A program made the position numbers and the translations under genes. A stretch of 63,564 nt of DNA, counting the filler, from Coriobacteriales bacterium (lineage in GTDB: Bacteria; Actinomycetota; Coriobacteriia; Coriobacteriales; UBA8131), in the NCBI GenBank assembly GCA_031263105.1. It is 6 parts of 6 records of this genome, joined end to end, with 100 filler letters (N's around TTAATTAATTAA, not from the genome) between each part and the next. Parts side by side here need not be neighbours in the genome. Positions count along the whole stretch, not along the records: positions 49,135 to 53,482 come from JAISGJ010000044.1; positions 53,583 to 58,277 come from JAISGJ010000089.1; positions 58,378 to 63,564 come from JAISGJ010000081.1; 3 more parts are not named here. One strand, written 5' to 3'. Numbering within the stretch: the stretch's first letter is position 1; every line of letters starts with the position of its first letter. The notes under the pieces are model-generated. The model was given only the letters and a program-made list of their open reading frames with translations, had not been told where the DNA came from and did no database searches. Below, piece after piece: positions 49,437 through 60,187 of this stretch.

Positions 49437-50591
49437 ATGGCGGTAACTCTGCGCGTGGCATTCACGGAGGAGATAGACGAGCTCGACGTTGCCTTGGAGG
49501 AGATACTCGATCAGCTGAAGCCCGAGGAGCTCAAGGAACACACGCTCGGCATCCTGTACAGCCACTTCGAGTTCATAGAAAGCGGCGTGGCCGCACACAT
49601 CTCCCGTGAGCTGCCGTTCGATGTGATAGGCATGTCGAGCCTGGCAAGCGCCTCGCTTGGGGACAAGGGCTCCTATCGGCTGACACTCACCGTGCTCACA
49701 AGCGATGACGTGCACTTTGCTGCCGTCTCCACTCCGTCCCTGTCGGTGGACGGCTACCAGCAGGCCTTCGCCGAGGCCTGGCAGGAGGCCGCCGCAGGCA
49801 TCGGGGCGCCGGCGCGCTTCGCCATAGGCTTCTTCCCCTTCTCCAGGGATATCGCGGGACAGGAGATGCTCGATGCCTTCGACGAGGCATCCGGCCACGT
49901 TCCCCTGTGGGGCAGCATCGCCAGTGGCAGCGACATGACCTATAGCGACTGCTACACGATCCACAACGGCAACGTAGGGCAGAGCAGCGCGGTGTTTGCC
50001 TTGGCAGAAGGCGCCATCGAGCCCGAGTTCGTGGTGACCTCGATACCCGAGCGCAACATCTACGAGCACAAGGCCGTCATCACCAAGTCACAGGGCTGCG
50101 TGCTCAGCGAGGTCAATGACGTGCCGGTGTTGGATTATATGCGCAAGCTCGGCATCCTCTTGGACCAGAGCGACCAGACCACCATACCGCTCCTGGTGGA
50201 CTATCGCGACGGGTCCCAGCCGGTCGCGCTGGCCGCCTACGCCTTCTTCGATGACGGCAGCATCCTTTGCGGCGGCGTGGTGCCCCAAGGCGCCCTTCTG
50301 TCTTTGGGGGAGATAGATTCGCAGGGAATCCTCGAGACCGCACAGACAAGCCTCGACAAGCTGCTTGCATGTTCGGACAAGAGCGGGTTCCTCATGTGCC
50401 CTTGCATCACCCGCTTTATCATGCTTGCTCCTCGGCAGGAGGACGAGATGGCAGGCGTCATCGAAAGGCTCGAAGGGAAGGCCCCGTACATGTTGGGTTA
50501 CTCGGGCGGCGAGCTTTGCCCGGTAAAGGCCGAAGACGGCAGCTGGCACAACCGGTTCCATAACTTCACGTTTACGGCCTGTGCCCTTTAG
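49437..50591 (+). CDS. FIST N/C domain protein
   Basis: [30 protein letters not shown]. Confidence 0.88.
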   Translation: MAVTLRVAFTEEIDELDVALEEILDQLKPEELKEHTLGILYSHFEFIESGVAAHISRELPFDVIGMSSLASASLGDKGSYRLTLTVLTSDDVHFAAVSTPSLSVDGYQQAFAEAWQEAAAGIGAPARFAIGFFPFSRDIAGQEMLDAFDEASGHVPLWGSIASGSDMTYSDCYTIHNGNVGQSSAVFALAEGAIEPEFVVTSIPERNIYEHKAVITKSQGCVLSEVNDVPVLDYMRKLGILLDQSDQTTIPLLVDYRDGSQPVALAAYAFFDDGSILCGGVVPQGALLSLGEIDSQGILETAQTSLDKLLACSDKSGFLMCPCITRFIMLAPRQEDEMAGVIERLEGKAPYMLGYSGGELCPVKAEDGSWHNRFHNFTFTACAL

Positions 50592-50635
50592 GGAGTGCGG
50601 CGTGTGAGATATCGGGCACGAAAACGGAAGACCTG

Positions 50636-52492
50636 ATGGATCGCGATGCATCGACAGAGTCGCAGATACCCTCATCGGCAGAACCGCTGACGGCTGAGGA
50701 CAGCGGACTCCTGGACCAGGTCAAGGAACTTCAGAAGGCGAACAGGAAGGCCGAGCGTGAGATCGGTCGCCTGATAAAGGCACTCGACCAGGAAAAGACC
50801 ATCGCTGTGTCCCGTGCCAACCAGCAGGTGGCACGCACGCAGGCGCAACGCGAGAGCGCCCGCTACCTCAAGCTGTTGCTCACGAGCTCCCAGAGCAGCA
50901 TACTGCTGCTCGATCGTGGCGAGAGGCTTACCTATTTCACGGACTATTTTCTCCGCATAACCGGGCTCACCAGGGACGAGGTGAACATGCAGCCCGTCCG
51001 CGACGTGCTCGCCAAGTTCCTCGACGGCGATGCCTGCCATGTGATGGAGGAGATACTCGACGAGGCCGCCCAAAAGAACGCCACCTTTGTGAAGGACCTG
51101 TGGGTCGACGGGGGCGATGCCGGTACACGGCAGAAATACGTGGTGAACATCTCTCCCATGTTCAGTGACGCAGGCGAGAACGAGGGCATGTTGCTTCTGT
51201 TCCACGACGTCACCGACCTCGAGCATGCGCGGGAAGAGGCAGAGGCCGCCAACCGGGCCAAAAGCGAGTTCCTCTCGAACATGAGCCATGAGATACGCAC
51301 GCCGATGAACGCCATCACCGGCATGACGGCCATCGGCCTGAATGCGACCACGCTGGAGCGCAAGAACTATGCCTTCGACAAAGTCAAAGATGCTTCGGTG
51401 CATCTGCTCGGGGTCATCAACGACGTGTTGGACATGTCGAAGATAGAGGCCAACAAGTTCGAGCTCGCCCCTACGGATTACCTGTTCAGGGGCATGGTGC
51501 AACGGGTGAGCGACCTCATGAGCTTCAAGGCCAACGAGCGTGACCAGCACTTCACCGTTCGGGTGGATGACCGCATACCTGCCTTGGTCTTCGGGGACGA
51601 ACAGCGTCTTTCCCAGGTCTTGGTCAACCTGCTGTCGAATGCCGTCAAGTTCACGCCGGAAGGGGGCACCGTATCCCTTGAGGCGGATCTGGTCGAAGCG
51701 ACGGGTGCAGGGGACGGCGGTGCCGGAAAGGGCGGCGTGGACGGTGCGGATGCCGCAGACAGCGCGGGCGACGCGGGCGGCGAGGCTGGCGAGGAGAGCG
51801 GCAAGACCTGCGTTCTGAGCTTCAGGGTCTCCGATACGGGCATAGGCATCACGCCCGAGCAACAGGCACGGCTTTTCCAGGCGTTCTCACAGGCAGAAAG
51901 CAGCACGTCACGTAAATACGGAGGCACTGGCCTCGGGCTTGCCATATCGAAAAGCATCATCGAACTGATGGGAGGTTCCATCAGCGTCGAGTCGCAAGAG
52001 AGCAAGGGTTCAACATTCTCATTTAGCGTCAAGATACTGGAGAGGGACGAGACGCTTGCGGCAGGGCTGTTGCCCGAAGACGATGCAATCGAGCAAACGG
52101 ACCTGAGTTCTTATCAGGTCCTGCTCGCTGAGGACGTGGAGATCAACCGCGAGATCGTCTATGCGCTGTTCGAGCCGACCGGGCTACGCCTGCAAGATGC
52201 CGAGAACGGGGTCGAGGCCGTGGGCCTGTTCGTAGCCGAGCCACGGGCATTCGACCTCATTTTCATGGATATGCAGATGCCTGAGATGGACGGGCTTGAG
52301 GCGACCCGTCGCATAAGGGCGCTCGATGACCCGTGGGCCAAAGAGGTGCCCATCATCGCCATGACGGCCAACGTGTTCAAGGAGGACATCGAGCGCTGTC
52401 TTGCCGCCGGCATGAACGACCACGTAGGAAAGCCGATCGACTTCAAAGAGGTGCTCCAAAAGCTCCACGAGTACCTGCCCCTTGCTGTCTGA
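50636..52492 (+). CDS. Soluble PAS hybrid histidine kinase/receiver
   Basis: [37 protein letters not shown]. Confidence 0.95.
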   Translation: MDRDASTESQIPSSAEPLTAEDSGLLDQVKELQKANRKAEREIGRLIKALDQEKTIAVSRANQQVARTQAQRESARYLKLLLTSSQSSILLLDRGERLTYFTDYFLRITGLTRDEVNMQPVRDVLAKFLDGDACHVMEEILDEAAQKNATFVKDLWVDGGDAGTRQKYVVNISPMFSDAGENEGMLLLFHDVTDLEHAREEAEAANRAKSEFLSNMSHEIRTPMNAITGMTAIGLNATTLERKNYAFDKVKDASVHLLGVINDVLDMSKIEANKFELAPTDYLFRGMVQRVSDLMSFKANERDQHFTVRVDDRIPALVFGDEQRLSQVLVNLLSNAVKFTPEGGTVSLEADLVEATGAGDGGAGKGGVDGADAADSAGDAGGEAGEESGKTCVLSFRVSDTGIGITPEQQARLFQAFSQAESSTSRKYGGTGLGLAISKSIIELMGGSISVESQESKGSTFSFSVKILERDETLAAGLLPEDDAIEQTDLSSYQVLLAEDVEINREIVYALFEPTGLRLQDAENGVEAVGLFVAEPRAFDLIFMDMQMPEMDGLEATRRIRALDDPWAKEVPIIAMTANVFKEDIERCLAAGMNDHVGKPIDFKEVLQKLHEYLPLAV

Positions 52493-52568
52493 GGGATCCT
52501 AGAGGCCCATGGGGGTTCTTGGGCCCATGACCCCGTTGACCCCGTTTTGCCCGCACCCTCCTAAACGT

Positions 52569-52613
52569 AATAAACGCCCCAGCGGCGACTCGGCTCACGC
52601 TAGGGCGTTTATT
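52569..52613. terminator. Bidirectional terminator between kinase and tRNA-Ile
   Basis: AATAAACGCCC..GGGCGTTTATT. Confidence 0.7.
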
Positions 52614-52621
52614 GCAAAGAA

Positions 52622-52698
52622 TGGTGGGCCCGATTGGATTCGAACCAATGACCTCACGGTTATCAGCCGTGCGCTCTAACCAACTGAGCTACGGGCCC
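52622..52698 (-). tRNA. tRNA-Ile(GAT)
   Basis: Reverse complement GGGCCCGTAGCTCAG..CACGG-CTGATAA-CCGTG..CGGGCCCACCA. Confidence 0.96.
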
Positions 52699-52789
52699 GT
52701 AGCGCAGGAAAGCGCTCGACTACTCTATAACAGTATGCCGTTTTTGTCCAATAAAATCCAGAGGTTTTCCTCCTAATGGGAGTTTATTC

Positions 52790-53330
52790 GTTACGGTTCA
52801 CACCCCCCACTGTCTACACCCCCCACTGTCACCCCGAGCCTGCCGAGGGATCCTCGACCGCGCCAGCGGTCGACTGCGGCCAGAGGGCGCCTCGACCCGC
52901 AGTCGGCTGCTCCGCGTCCCGTGGGCCTGTCGGTTCCATGGGCTCACCCGTTCAGGGCCTCATGCGCTCAGGGGCTCACCCGCTCAGGGGCTCCCCCGCT
53001 GCTTCGCAGCTTCGCCCGGAAACAGCCCACCGGGCTGTTTCCCAGTCCGCCGGACTGTCGCGCCGTCCTCGCTGAGAACGCGGTGCGTTTTCCGGGCGCT
53101 CGAAGTCCGTGGGCCTGTCGGCCCGTTCTCGCTGAAAACAGCCCACTGGACTGTTTTCCGGGCGCTCGAACCCAAGGATCCCTCGGCAGGCTCGGGATGA
53201 CAGTGGGACTCGGGATGACAGTGGGACTCGGGATGACAGTGGGACTCGGGATGACAGTGGGACTCGGGATGACAGTGGGACTCGGGATGACAGTGGGACT
53301 CGGGATGACAGTGGGGGTGTGGACAGTAAC
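52790..53330. repeat. Composite palindromic repeat with internal modules and 7x 18-bp tandem end
   Basis: CTCGGGATGACAGTGGGA x7 at 53191-53315; AAACAGCCCAC(C/T)GG(G/A)CTGTTT modules. Confidence 0.9.
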
Positions 53331-53376
53331 GTTTATTCAGAGAATCGTATCTCAAATCCCCTAAGGACACTCGATA

Positions 53377-53453
<77 letters not shown>

Positions 53454-53582
53454 ACATAAGATTCGACCGTTTGCGTGCGTCANNNNNNNNNNNNNNNNNN
53501 NNNNNNNNNNNNNNNNNNNNNNNNNNTTAATTAATTAANNNNNNNNNNNNNNNNNNNNNNNNNNNNNNNNNNNNNNNNNNNN

Positions 53583-53962
53583 GCCTGCGCGGCCGTGCCG
53601 TCCGTGCCCGCAGGGGCGCCTGCATCGGGTGCGCCTGCATCGCTCTCGCTCTCGCTCCCGCTTTCGTTCTCGCCTGCCGCGTCGGCATCCTCCTCGGTGC
53701 CTGCCTCGTCCGTTCCGTCGGTCCGGGCGCCTGTGCCGTCCTCGCCCACATCGGCAACAGGCGCGTCGATGCCCGCAGCTCCGTCGGTGTCCGCAGGCGC
53801 GTCGGTCCCGTCAGTCTGGATTGCTTGGGCACCTGCCTCGGATCCGTTGTCGCCCGGCCCCTCGGCAAGGGCTGTGACGGGGGTGCCCGCCATCCCAAGG
53901 ACGAGAAGCAGGGTGAGCAGTGTGGATACGAGTGGCCGCAGCGCGTTCTTTGGCATGTTCAT
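53583..53962 (-). CDS. Secreted/surface protein, N-terminal fragment truncated at the gap
   Basis: Sec signal ending ALA, then acidic low-complexity region. Confidence 0.7.
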
Positions 53963-54035
53963 CGATGTTCCCTTTCAGTGACGTTCCTGTTGCTGTGCCC
54001 CGTCTCCGCCCAGGGAGAATGCGGGCAACAACGAC

Positions 54036-54250
54036 CGTTACTGCTCACACCCTCCACGGACACTTCACCGTCATTCCGAGCCCCACCGTCATTCCGAGCC
54101 TGCCGAGGAATCTTCGACCGCGCAAGCGGTCGACCGCAGGTCGAGGGTCCCCCCGGCCTACCGTTGGTCGCTTCGCAATCAAGGATTCCTCGACAGGCTC
54201 GGAATGACAGTGGGGGTGTGGCCTGTGACCAACGACCTTCGAATTGTAAC
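54036..54250. repeat. Palindromic GTCATTCCGAGC-family repeat
   Basis: Duplicated left end CACCGTCATTCCGAGCC. Confidence 0.88.
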
Positions 54251-54497
54251 ACGGGGAGCTTACGTTTCTTGTTCCATCTTAGGGAAGCATTTAACCAGCA
54301 CTTCCTGGGGAACTGTAGTAGGATGGTCAGAGGCGGTGCGCAACATGAGACTGCGTGTGGCATAAGGCTGCATGCGGTACGTGGCGTCGCTCGGGTGAGC
54401 CTCTGTTCGGAGAGATGTCTGGAGGGATCAAATCCTGGACGCTACAAGCCACACAAACGCCACAAACGGCACAGACGACACGAGGGATGCCGGCACT

Positions 54498-55217
54498 TTG
54501 GACGGCTTTGCCGACCTGGACTTTGCGCGGGAGGAGCGTTGCGGGTTCCCCGAGGTCGTCTTCGGGGCAGGCAAGACGCCTGCCCAGGTCGCCTCCATCA
54601 TGCAGGCGCTGGCCGCAGAGCATACCCGCGTGCTTTGCACCCGTGCGTCCGCCGAGCAGGCCGATACGGTGCAGGCGTTGCTGTCCGACGCGCAGTGGGT
54701 CTCCTCTTGCAACCTGCTGTATATCGATCGTCGTGCGGACGGGGCGCGGCTGAGGGGGACGACCGCTTCCGAGGTGCTTGTCGGCCCGCAGGGCGAGGGT
54801 TGTGTGGTCGTATGCTGCGCGGGTACGAGCGACCTTGCGGTCGCCCAGGAAGCCGCCCTGACCGCACGTCTCATGGGCTCCCACGTGAACCTGCTCACCG
54901 ATGTGGGCGTCTCGGGCGTGCATCGCGTGCTTGCCCATGCGGACGAGCTGCGCGACGCACGGGCGATAGTCGCCGTCGCCGGCATGGAAGGCGCCCTGCC
55001 CTCGTTGGTCGCCGGCATGGTGGACGTGCCGGTCGTCGCCGTGCCGACCTCGGTGGGCTACGGTGCGAGCTTCGGCGGCATCGCCGCACTGCTTGGCATG
55101 CTCAACTCCTGTGCGGGCGGCGTGAGCGTCGTCAACATCGACAACGGCTTCGGCGCAGGGGTCACCGCGCATCGCATAAACGTCCCGCCCGCGCGGTTCG
55201 CAGGAGCGCCCGCATGA
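54498..55217 (+). CDS. larB: Nickel-pincer cofactor biosynthesis protein LarB
   Basis: GFPEVVFGAGKT, AGTSD, DVGVSG, AGMEGALPS, PTSVGYG, VVNIDNGFGA; start uncertain. Confidence 0.93.
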   Translation: MDGFADLDFAREERCGFPEVVFGAGKTPAQVASIMQALAAEHTRVLCTRASAEQADTVQALLSDAQWVSSCNLLYIDRRADGARLRGTTASEVLVGPQGEGCVVVCCAGTSDLAVAQEAALTARLMGSHVNLLTDVGVSGVHRVLAHADELRDARAIVAVAGMEGALPSLVAGMVDVPVVAVPTSVGYGASFGGIAALLGMLNSCAGGVSVVNIDNGFGAGVTAHRINVPPARFAGAPA

Positions 55218-55332
55218 GCTTCCACAGCCGCAGCCACCACCGTGGGGGGCCGCGTTCCCGACGCCCCGACGCTTGCGGTCGCAGCCCCCGCTGCACCCCT
55301 GTCCATTGCGGCTTCCAAGAAGGCGACCGTCC

Positions 55333-56712
55333 ATGATCCTTCATTTCGACTTCTCCACGGGGGCCTCGGGAGACAAGGTCCTCGGTGCGCTGCTCGCGGT
55401 CGCCGAGCGCCTTGGCTGCGCCACGTTCGAGGAGCTTGAGCGGCTTGCTGGGGCGCTTGTGCCCGCCGTGCGCATCGAACGTCTCCCCATCCTACAGGGC
55501 GGCATACAGGCGACGGGCATCCGCGTCACCGAGGACGCGCCCAAGGTGCGCCACTGGCAGGGGATACGTGAGACGATCGAGAAGGCCGGTGCCGAGTGCC
55601 TGCTCTCCGAACGGGCCTGCACCCTCGCCCTCGACGCCTTCGGCGCAATAGCCGAGGCCGAGGCGGCCGTTCACGGCTGTGCGGTGGAGAAGGTGCACTT
55701 CCATGAGGTCGGGGCGGCGGATTCGATACTCGACATCTGTTGCAGCAGCTTCCTGTTCGACCGCCTGGCGCCGGAGGCGGTCTTTGCCACGCCGCTCGCC
55801 CTCGGCTTCGGCAGCTTCGTCTGTTCGCATGGGGAGATGCCCGTGCCCGCCTTTGCCACCGCCCGCCTCGTCGAGGGGCTGCCCGTCTACGCAGGGCCGC
55901 ACGAGGGAGAGCTTACCACCCCCACGGGCGCGGCGCTCGCACGCGTCTTCGTGGACGCCTTCGAGCCGCTGCCTCGCATGGTGCTGCGGGCGGTGGGCCA
56001 CGGCGCAGGGAGCCGCAGCATTCCGGGCACCGCGAACGTCGTGCGCGTCCTCGCGGGACAGAGCACAGAGGGACGGTTCTTTTGTGCTGCCACAACGGAT
56101 TCGGCTCCTCTCCGGGAGCACAAAAGAACCGTCCCTCTGTGCTCTCCTCTGTGCTCTCCTGCGGACGACGGCCTCCTCCTTGAGGGCTGCACGCTGTTGG
56201 AGACGAACATCGACCACCTCAGTGCCGAGGCCCTTGCCTTCGCCTGCGAGGAGCTGTTCGGCCTGGGCGCACTCGACGTGTGGCAGGAGCCCATCGTCAT
56301 GAAGAAGGGACGCCTGGCCGTGCGCCTCAGCGTGCTTGTCCGGGCGGGCGCGGCGCAGGAGCTCGCGGCGCACGTCATGGGAGTCACAGGCAGCCTGGGC
56401 GTGCGCACAAGCTCCGTGGAGCGCTTCCTCGTGCCGCGCACCGTCGTTGCCGAACAGACCCGTTTCGGCACGGTGCGCTATAAGACCGCCTGCGTGGCGA
56501 CGCCCGAGGGCCGCATCCGGTTCCGCCGCCCCGAATACGAGGACGTCGCCCGCATCGCCCGCGAGCAGCAGCTCGGCTTCAACGACCTCTCAGGCGAGCT
56601 CATGCAGCCCGGCGAGGCCGCTGTGGTCGAGGCGCGTGCGGTCGGCGAGGTCGAGAGGGCCGAGGCGCGTGCGACCGGGGTGGCCAGGGTGCCCGAGGAG
56701 GCCGAAGCGTGA
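55333..56712 (+). CDS. larC: Nickel-pincer cofactor biosynthesis protein LarC
   Basis: GASGD, AEAAVHG, HFHEVGAADS, GELTTPTGAA, ETNIDH, MKKGR, PEYED. Confidence 0.93.
   Translation: MILHFDFSTGASGDKVLGALLAVAERLGCATFEELERLAGALVPAVRIERLPILQGGIQATGIRVTEDAPKVRHWQGIRETIEKAGAECLLSERACTLALDAFGAIAEAEAAVHGCAVEKVHFHEVGAADSILDICCSSFLFDRLAPEAVFATPLALGFGSFVCSHGEMPVPAFATARLVEGLPVYAGPHEGELTTPTGAALARVFVDAFEPLPRMVLRAVGHGAGSRSIPGTANVVRVLAGQSTEGRFFCAATTDSAPLREHKRTVPLCSPLCSPADDGLLLEGCTLLETNIDHLSAEALAFACEELFGLGALDVWQEPIVMKKGRLAVRLSVLVRAGAAQELAAHVMGVTGSLGVRTSSVERFLVPRTVVAEQTRFGTVRYKTACVATPEGRIRFRRPEYEDVARIAREQQLGFNDLSGELMQPGEAAVVEARAVGEVERAEARATGVARVPEEAEA
56060..56157. repeat. Perfect 29-bp inverted repeat inserted in frame in larC
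   Basis: 56060-56088 and 56117-56145, plus 12-bp duplication CCTCTGTGCTCT. Confidence 0.88.
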
Positions 56713-56714
56713 CC

Positions 56715-57999
56715 ATGGCCCCCGCCCCCCCGCCCCGCCCCGCCCTCCTCACCGCCTGCCCCGCGCCCCCGCGCCCGCATCGCCGTCGTGACCATGGGCG
56801 TCAAGCTCGGAAGCGAGGCGCAGGGCTATACGCGCTTCCTCTCGCTCGCCGAGCAGCTTGCCGCCGCCGGCTACGAGGTCGAGCTCATAACCTCGGCGTT
56901 CCAGCATTGGGAGAAACGGCAACGTGCCACCGACGACCCCGCCTTCCACCGGTACCCCTTCAAGGTGGTCTTCATCGACGAACCCGGGTATCGGCGCAAC
57001 ATCGACCTCCGCCGCATTCTCAGCCACCGCAGGGCCGCGCGCAACCTCGCGGCCTACCTTGGGTCCAGTGCCCCCTTCGACCTCGTCTACTGCGAGGTTC
57101 CTCCCAACGACGTGGCGCGGCGTGCCTCTGAGTACGCGCACAGCCTCGGCATCCCCTTCATCGTCGACGTCAACGACCTGTGGCCGGAGGCCATGCGCAT
57201 GGTCCTCGACGTCCCCCTCGTCAGCGACGCCCTGTTCGCGCCCCTCGCACGCGATGCGCGGGTCGTCTATCGAAACGCCACCGCTATCGTAGGGACCTCG
57301 GACGAGTACGCGCGCCACCCCTTCCGCTACCGCCCGGACGACATCGAGCACCTGACGGTCTACGTGGGCAACGAGCTCGCGCAGTTCGACGACGCGGTGC
57401 GCGAGGAGGCCGTGCGAATCGAGAAGGCCCCCAGCGAGTTCTGGGTCACCTATGCAGGCACCCTGGGCGCGAGCTACGACATAGAGACGATGCTGCGTGC
57501 CTCCGCCGAGCTCAGGCGTCGCGGTTATTCAACCATCAAGACCCTCATCATCGGCGGCGGCCCCGACCAGGAGCGGTTTGAGGCCCTCGCGCAGTCCCTC
57601 GACGGCAACACGGCCTTCACCGGCTACCTCGACTACCCCCGGATGGCCGCCTGTCTCGCACGCTCCGACGTCCTCGTGAACTCGCTCGTGAGAAAGGCGC
57701 CGCAGTCCATCATCAACAAGATCGCGGACTACGTCGCTGCCGGCCGGCCGATGATCAACACGGGAGGCAGCCCGGAGCTCAAGACCCTCGTCGAGCACGA
57801 GGGCATCGGCGTGACCATCGAGGCGGAGAACGTCGGCGCACTTGTCGACGCGGTTCTCTCCCTGTTCGAGGACCCCGTGCGCCGCGAGGACATGGGGAGA
57901 CGCGCCCGCTGCCTCGCCGCAGACCGCTTCGATCGCGCAACGGCCTACCGCCCCATCCTCGACCTCATCGCCCGGCAATGCCAGGAGAGCCCTGTTTGA
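56715..57999 (+). CDS. GT4-family glycosyltransferase; probable frameshift in the C-rich 5' end
   Basis: DVNDLWPE, YAGTLG, NKIADY..AGRP; RIAVVTMG extends upstream of listed start 56788. Confidence 0.85.
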
Positions 58000-58377
58000 G
58001 CCCAGTCACTGCCGGGTCGACTGTGTAACGTAGAATCTTTCTTTGAGGGTCATAAGGAACTCCAAGTGGTGCAAGCTGTCGCGTTGCCTCGGCTACCCTT
58101 GACACCGGATTTTTGAATGCTCACAATGACTAAAGAAAACTAAAAAAGACTAAATTAGAACTTTCCCAATGAGTGAGACTATACCACTTGTTTTCGCGGC
58201 CTGCCCCGCTTCCTCTTCGGCGGCTCCTCCGCCTTGGGGATCAGGCCTAGGCTTTGGAGCACGAGCTCATGGGAGGGNNNNNNNNNNNNNNNNNNNNNNN
58301 NNNNNNNNNNNNNNNNNNNNNTTAATTAATTAANNNNNNNNNNNNNNNNNNNNNNNNNNNNNNNNNNNNNNNNNNNN

Positions 58378-58690
58378 CCCGAGCACCCACTGTCATCCCG
58401 AGCCTGCCGAAGGATCCTTGGGTCCGAGCGCCCGGAAAACGCACCGCGTTTTCAGCGAGGACGGGCCGGAAGGCCCACGGAACCCGAGCGCCCGGAGAAC
58501 GCACCGCGTTTTCAGCGAGGACGGGCCGGAAGGCCCACGGAGCGCAAAGCAGCCGAGCGTGGGCCGAGGCGCCCTCTGGCCACGCTCGACCGCTGACGCG
58601 GTCGAAGATTCCTCGACAGGCTCGGAATGACAGTGGGGGTGTGACCGGTAAAGCAGAGGTGTGACCGGTAAAGCAGAGGTGTGACCGGCA
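58378..58690. repeat. Composite palindromic repeat with 60-bp and 20-bp tandem units
   Basis: 60-bp unit x2 at 58424-58541; GGTGTGACCGGTAAAGCAGA x2.5 at 58638-58688. Confidence 0.88.
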
Positions 58691-58736
58691 ATACCGTGAC
58701 GGCAACCCGTGAGGTGCGATGCCGTATAATTGCCGC

Positions 58737-59483
58737 ATGGGACAACGGTCTTTGCACAGCGTTGAGCGCTTTCAGGATCCTCTGGGGGACCACATGAGGG
58801 CAGTCCTGCATGCCCATGGGCAACGCATGGGAAGCGTCGCGTCCGTTACCGATGTCTACGAGGGCTTCTATGGGGGGTTCAGGCCGCTGGGCAAAGAAGG
58901 AGACGCCTTCTTCGGAGGGGCGGAGGGCATCGTCGGCACCGAGCTTGGTCTTGGGCTGTCCGAGGAGGGCCTTGGCCTCATCGCACATGACGGCCGGAGG
59001 GTTGCGATGTTGGACGAGGCTGTCGGCGAAAGGCTGGCTGCGCTCCTGCAGCGGGGCTGGCGCGTCCACTGCATCCTGGCATTCGTTGCCTACAACGTCG
59101 AAAAGAAGTCCTTTGCGGGGGAACTCGCCTGCATCGGGTACGACCAAAGACTCGACGACAAGACGCAAGACGCGCTGGAGGTGTTTGTCGGCAACAGCAC
59201 GGAGCGCATCGCCAGCGCCTCCCGCCCTCTGCTCGCCTTGACCCAGGAGCAGTTCGTCAGGGTCGTCGAGAGCGGAGGAGCCTGGTTCCTCACCAAGGAG
59301 GAGCCATGGCCTGAGCTGCCAAGGGGCTCCGTCTTTTATCGTCGTCGAAGGACCCTTAACGACCGGCTTGTCGGTGCCGCGCTCAAAGGGAACACGGGCT
59401 GCCTTGTCGGTTCGTGGATAGGTGCGGCACTCGTCGTTGTGGCGGTCTTGGCAGCGGCCTGGCTTCTTTTCTTCTCAGGATAG
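58737..59483 (+). CDS. Hypothetical protein with C-terminal TM helix
   Basis: TATAAT 6 nt upstream of ATG 58737 suggests a leaderless start. Confidence 0.7.
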   Translation: MGQRSLHSVERFQDPLGDHMRAVLHAHGQRMGSVASVTDVYEGFYGGFRPLGKEGDAFFGGAEGIVGTELGLGLSEEGLGLIAHDGRRVAMLDEAVGERLAALLQRGWRVHCILAFVAYNVEKKSFAGELACIGYDQRLDDKTQDALEVFVGNSTERIASASRPLLALTQEQFVRVVESGGAWFLTKEEPWPELPRGSVFYRRRRTLNDRLVGAALKGNTGCLVGSWIGAALVVVAVLAAAWLLFFSG

Positions 59484-60176
59484 GGGAGAATCCTCCTCGT
59501 CCGTCGCAGCGACGGCACCTACGACGGCAGCGTCGAGCGCACCCTCGATGTCGCGAAGGACCTCGACCGCCGCTGCGGCGACGGCCTGTGCGGCGTCCCC
59601 GTCCCCGTCGATTGCGTCGGCTGTTACGGCGAGGCTCCGTGCGGCCTCTTCGAGCTGCTCCTCGACGGCATCGATCGTCGTCGAGGCCTTCTCTTCGTCG
59701 GCCAGGGCCGCAGCGTCGGCCTGTGGCGCGTTCTCGTCCACGACTTCGACGATGACGGTGGCCTTGACGTCACGATAGATGCTGACGACCGCAGGGTGCT
59801 CGCCTGCGGTCTTGATGGCGCCATGCAGGTCGATGCGCCGCCGGTCTATCTCGACGCCGAAGCGCTCGTTGATCGCATCGGCTATCTGGGCCGGCGTGAC
59901 GGATCCGAAGAGCTGCCCTTCCTCTCCGACCTTCGCGCTGATGCGGATGCGCTGCCCTTCGAGTGCCGACATAAGCCCGTCGGCGGTGTCGAGGCGTTCC
60001 GTCTCACGTTTTGCGATGTTGTGCTTGCGCAGCTCGAGCTGCTTGAGGTTGCCCTTGGTCGCCGCCAGCGCGATGCGCCGAGGGAACAGGAAGTTCACGG
60101 CATAGCCGGTCGCCACGTCGATGACATCGCCTTCGCCGCCGCGACCCTTGAGCTCATTCAAAAGTATAACCTTCAT
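59475..60176 (-). CDS. rplI: 50S ribosomal protein L9 with acidic C-terminal extension
   Basis: MKVILL..G..G..GYAVNFLFP, LFGSVT. Confidence 0.96.
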   Translation of the reverse strand: MKVILLNELKGRGGEGDVIDVATGYAVNFLFPRRIALAATKGNLKQLELRKHNIAKRETERLDTADGLMSALEGQRIRISAKVGEEGQLFGSVTPAQIADAINERFGVEIDRRRIDLHGAIKTAGEHPAVVSIYRDVKATVIVEVVDENAPQADAAALADEEKASTTIDAVEEQLEEAARSLAVTADAIDGDGDAAQAVAAAAVEVLRDIEGALDAAVVGAVAATDEEDSPLS

Positions 60177-60187
60177 CTATGCCTCTC

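Noticed and set aside
53191..53315. 18-bp arrays (also 2166-2255) as CRISPR
   Set aside because: Units are contiguous with no spacers, belong to the palindromic element end, and no cas genes are present
52921..53370. ORFs with GMTVGL/CHPESH peptide repeats
   Set aside because: Translations of the DNA repeat with no RBS or coding signal
56715..56790. Programmed frameshift at the glycosyltransferase 5' end
   Set aside because: The C-rich stretch resembles sequencing noise; an error is more likely than regulation
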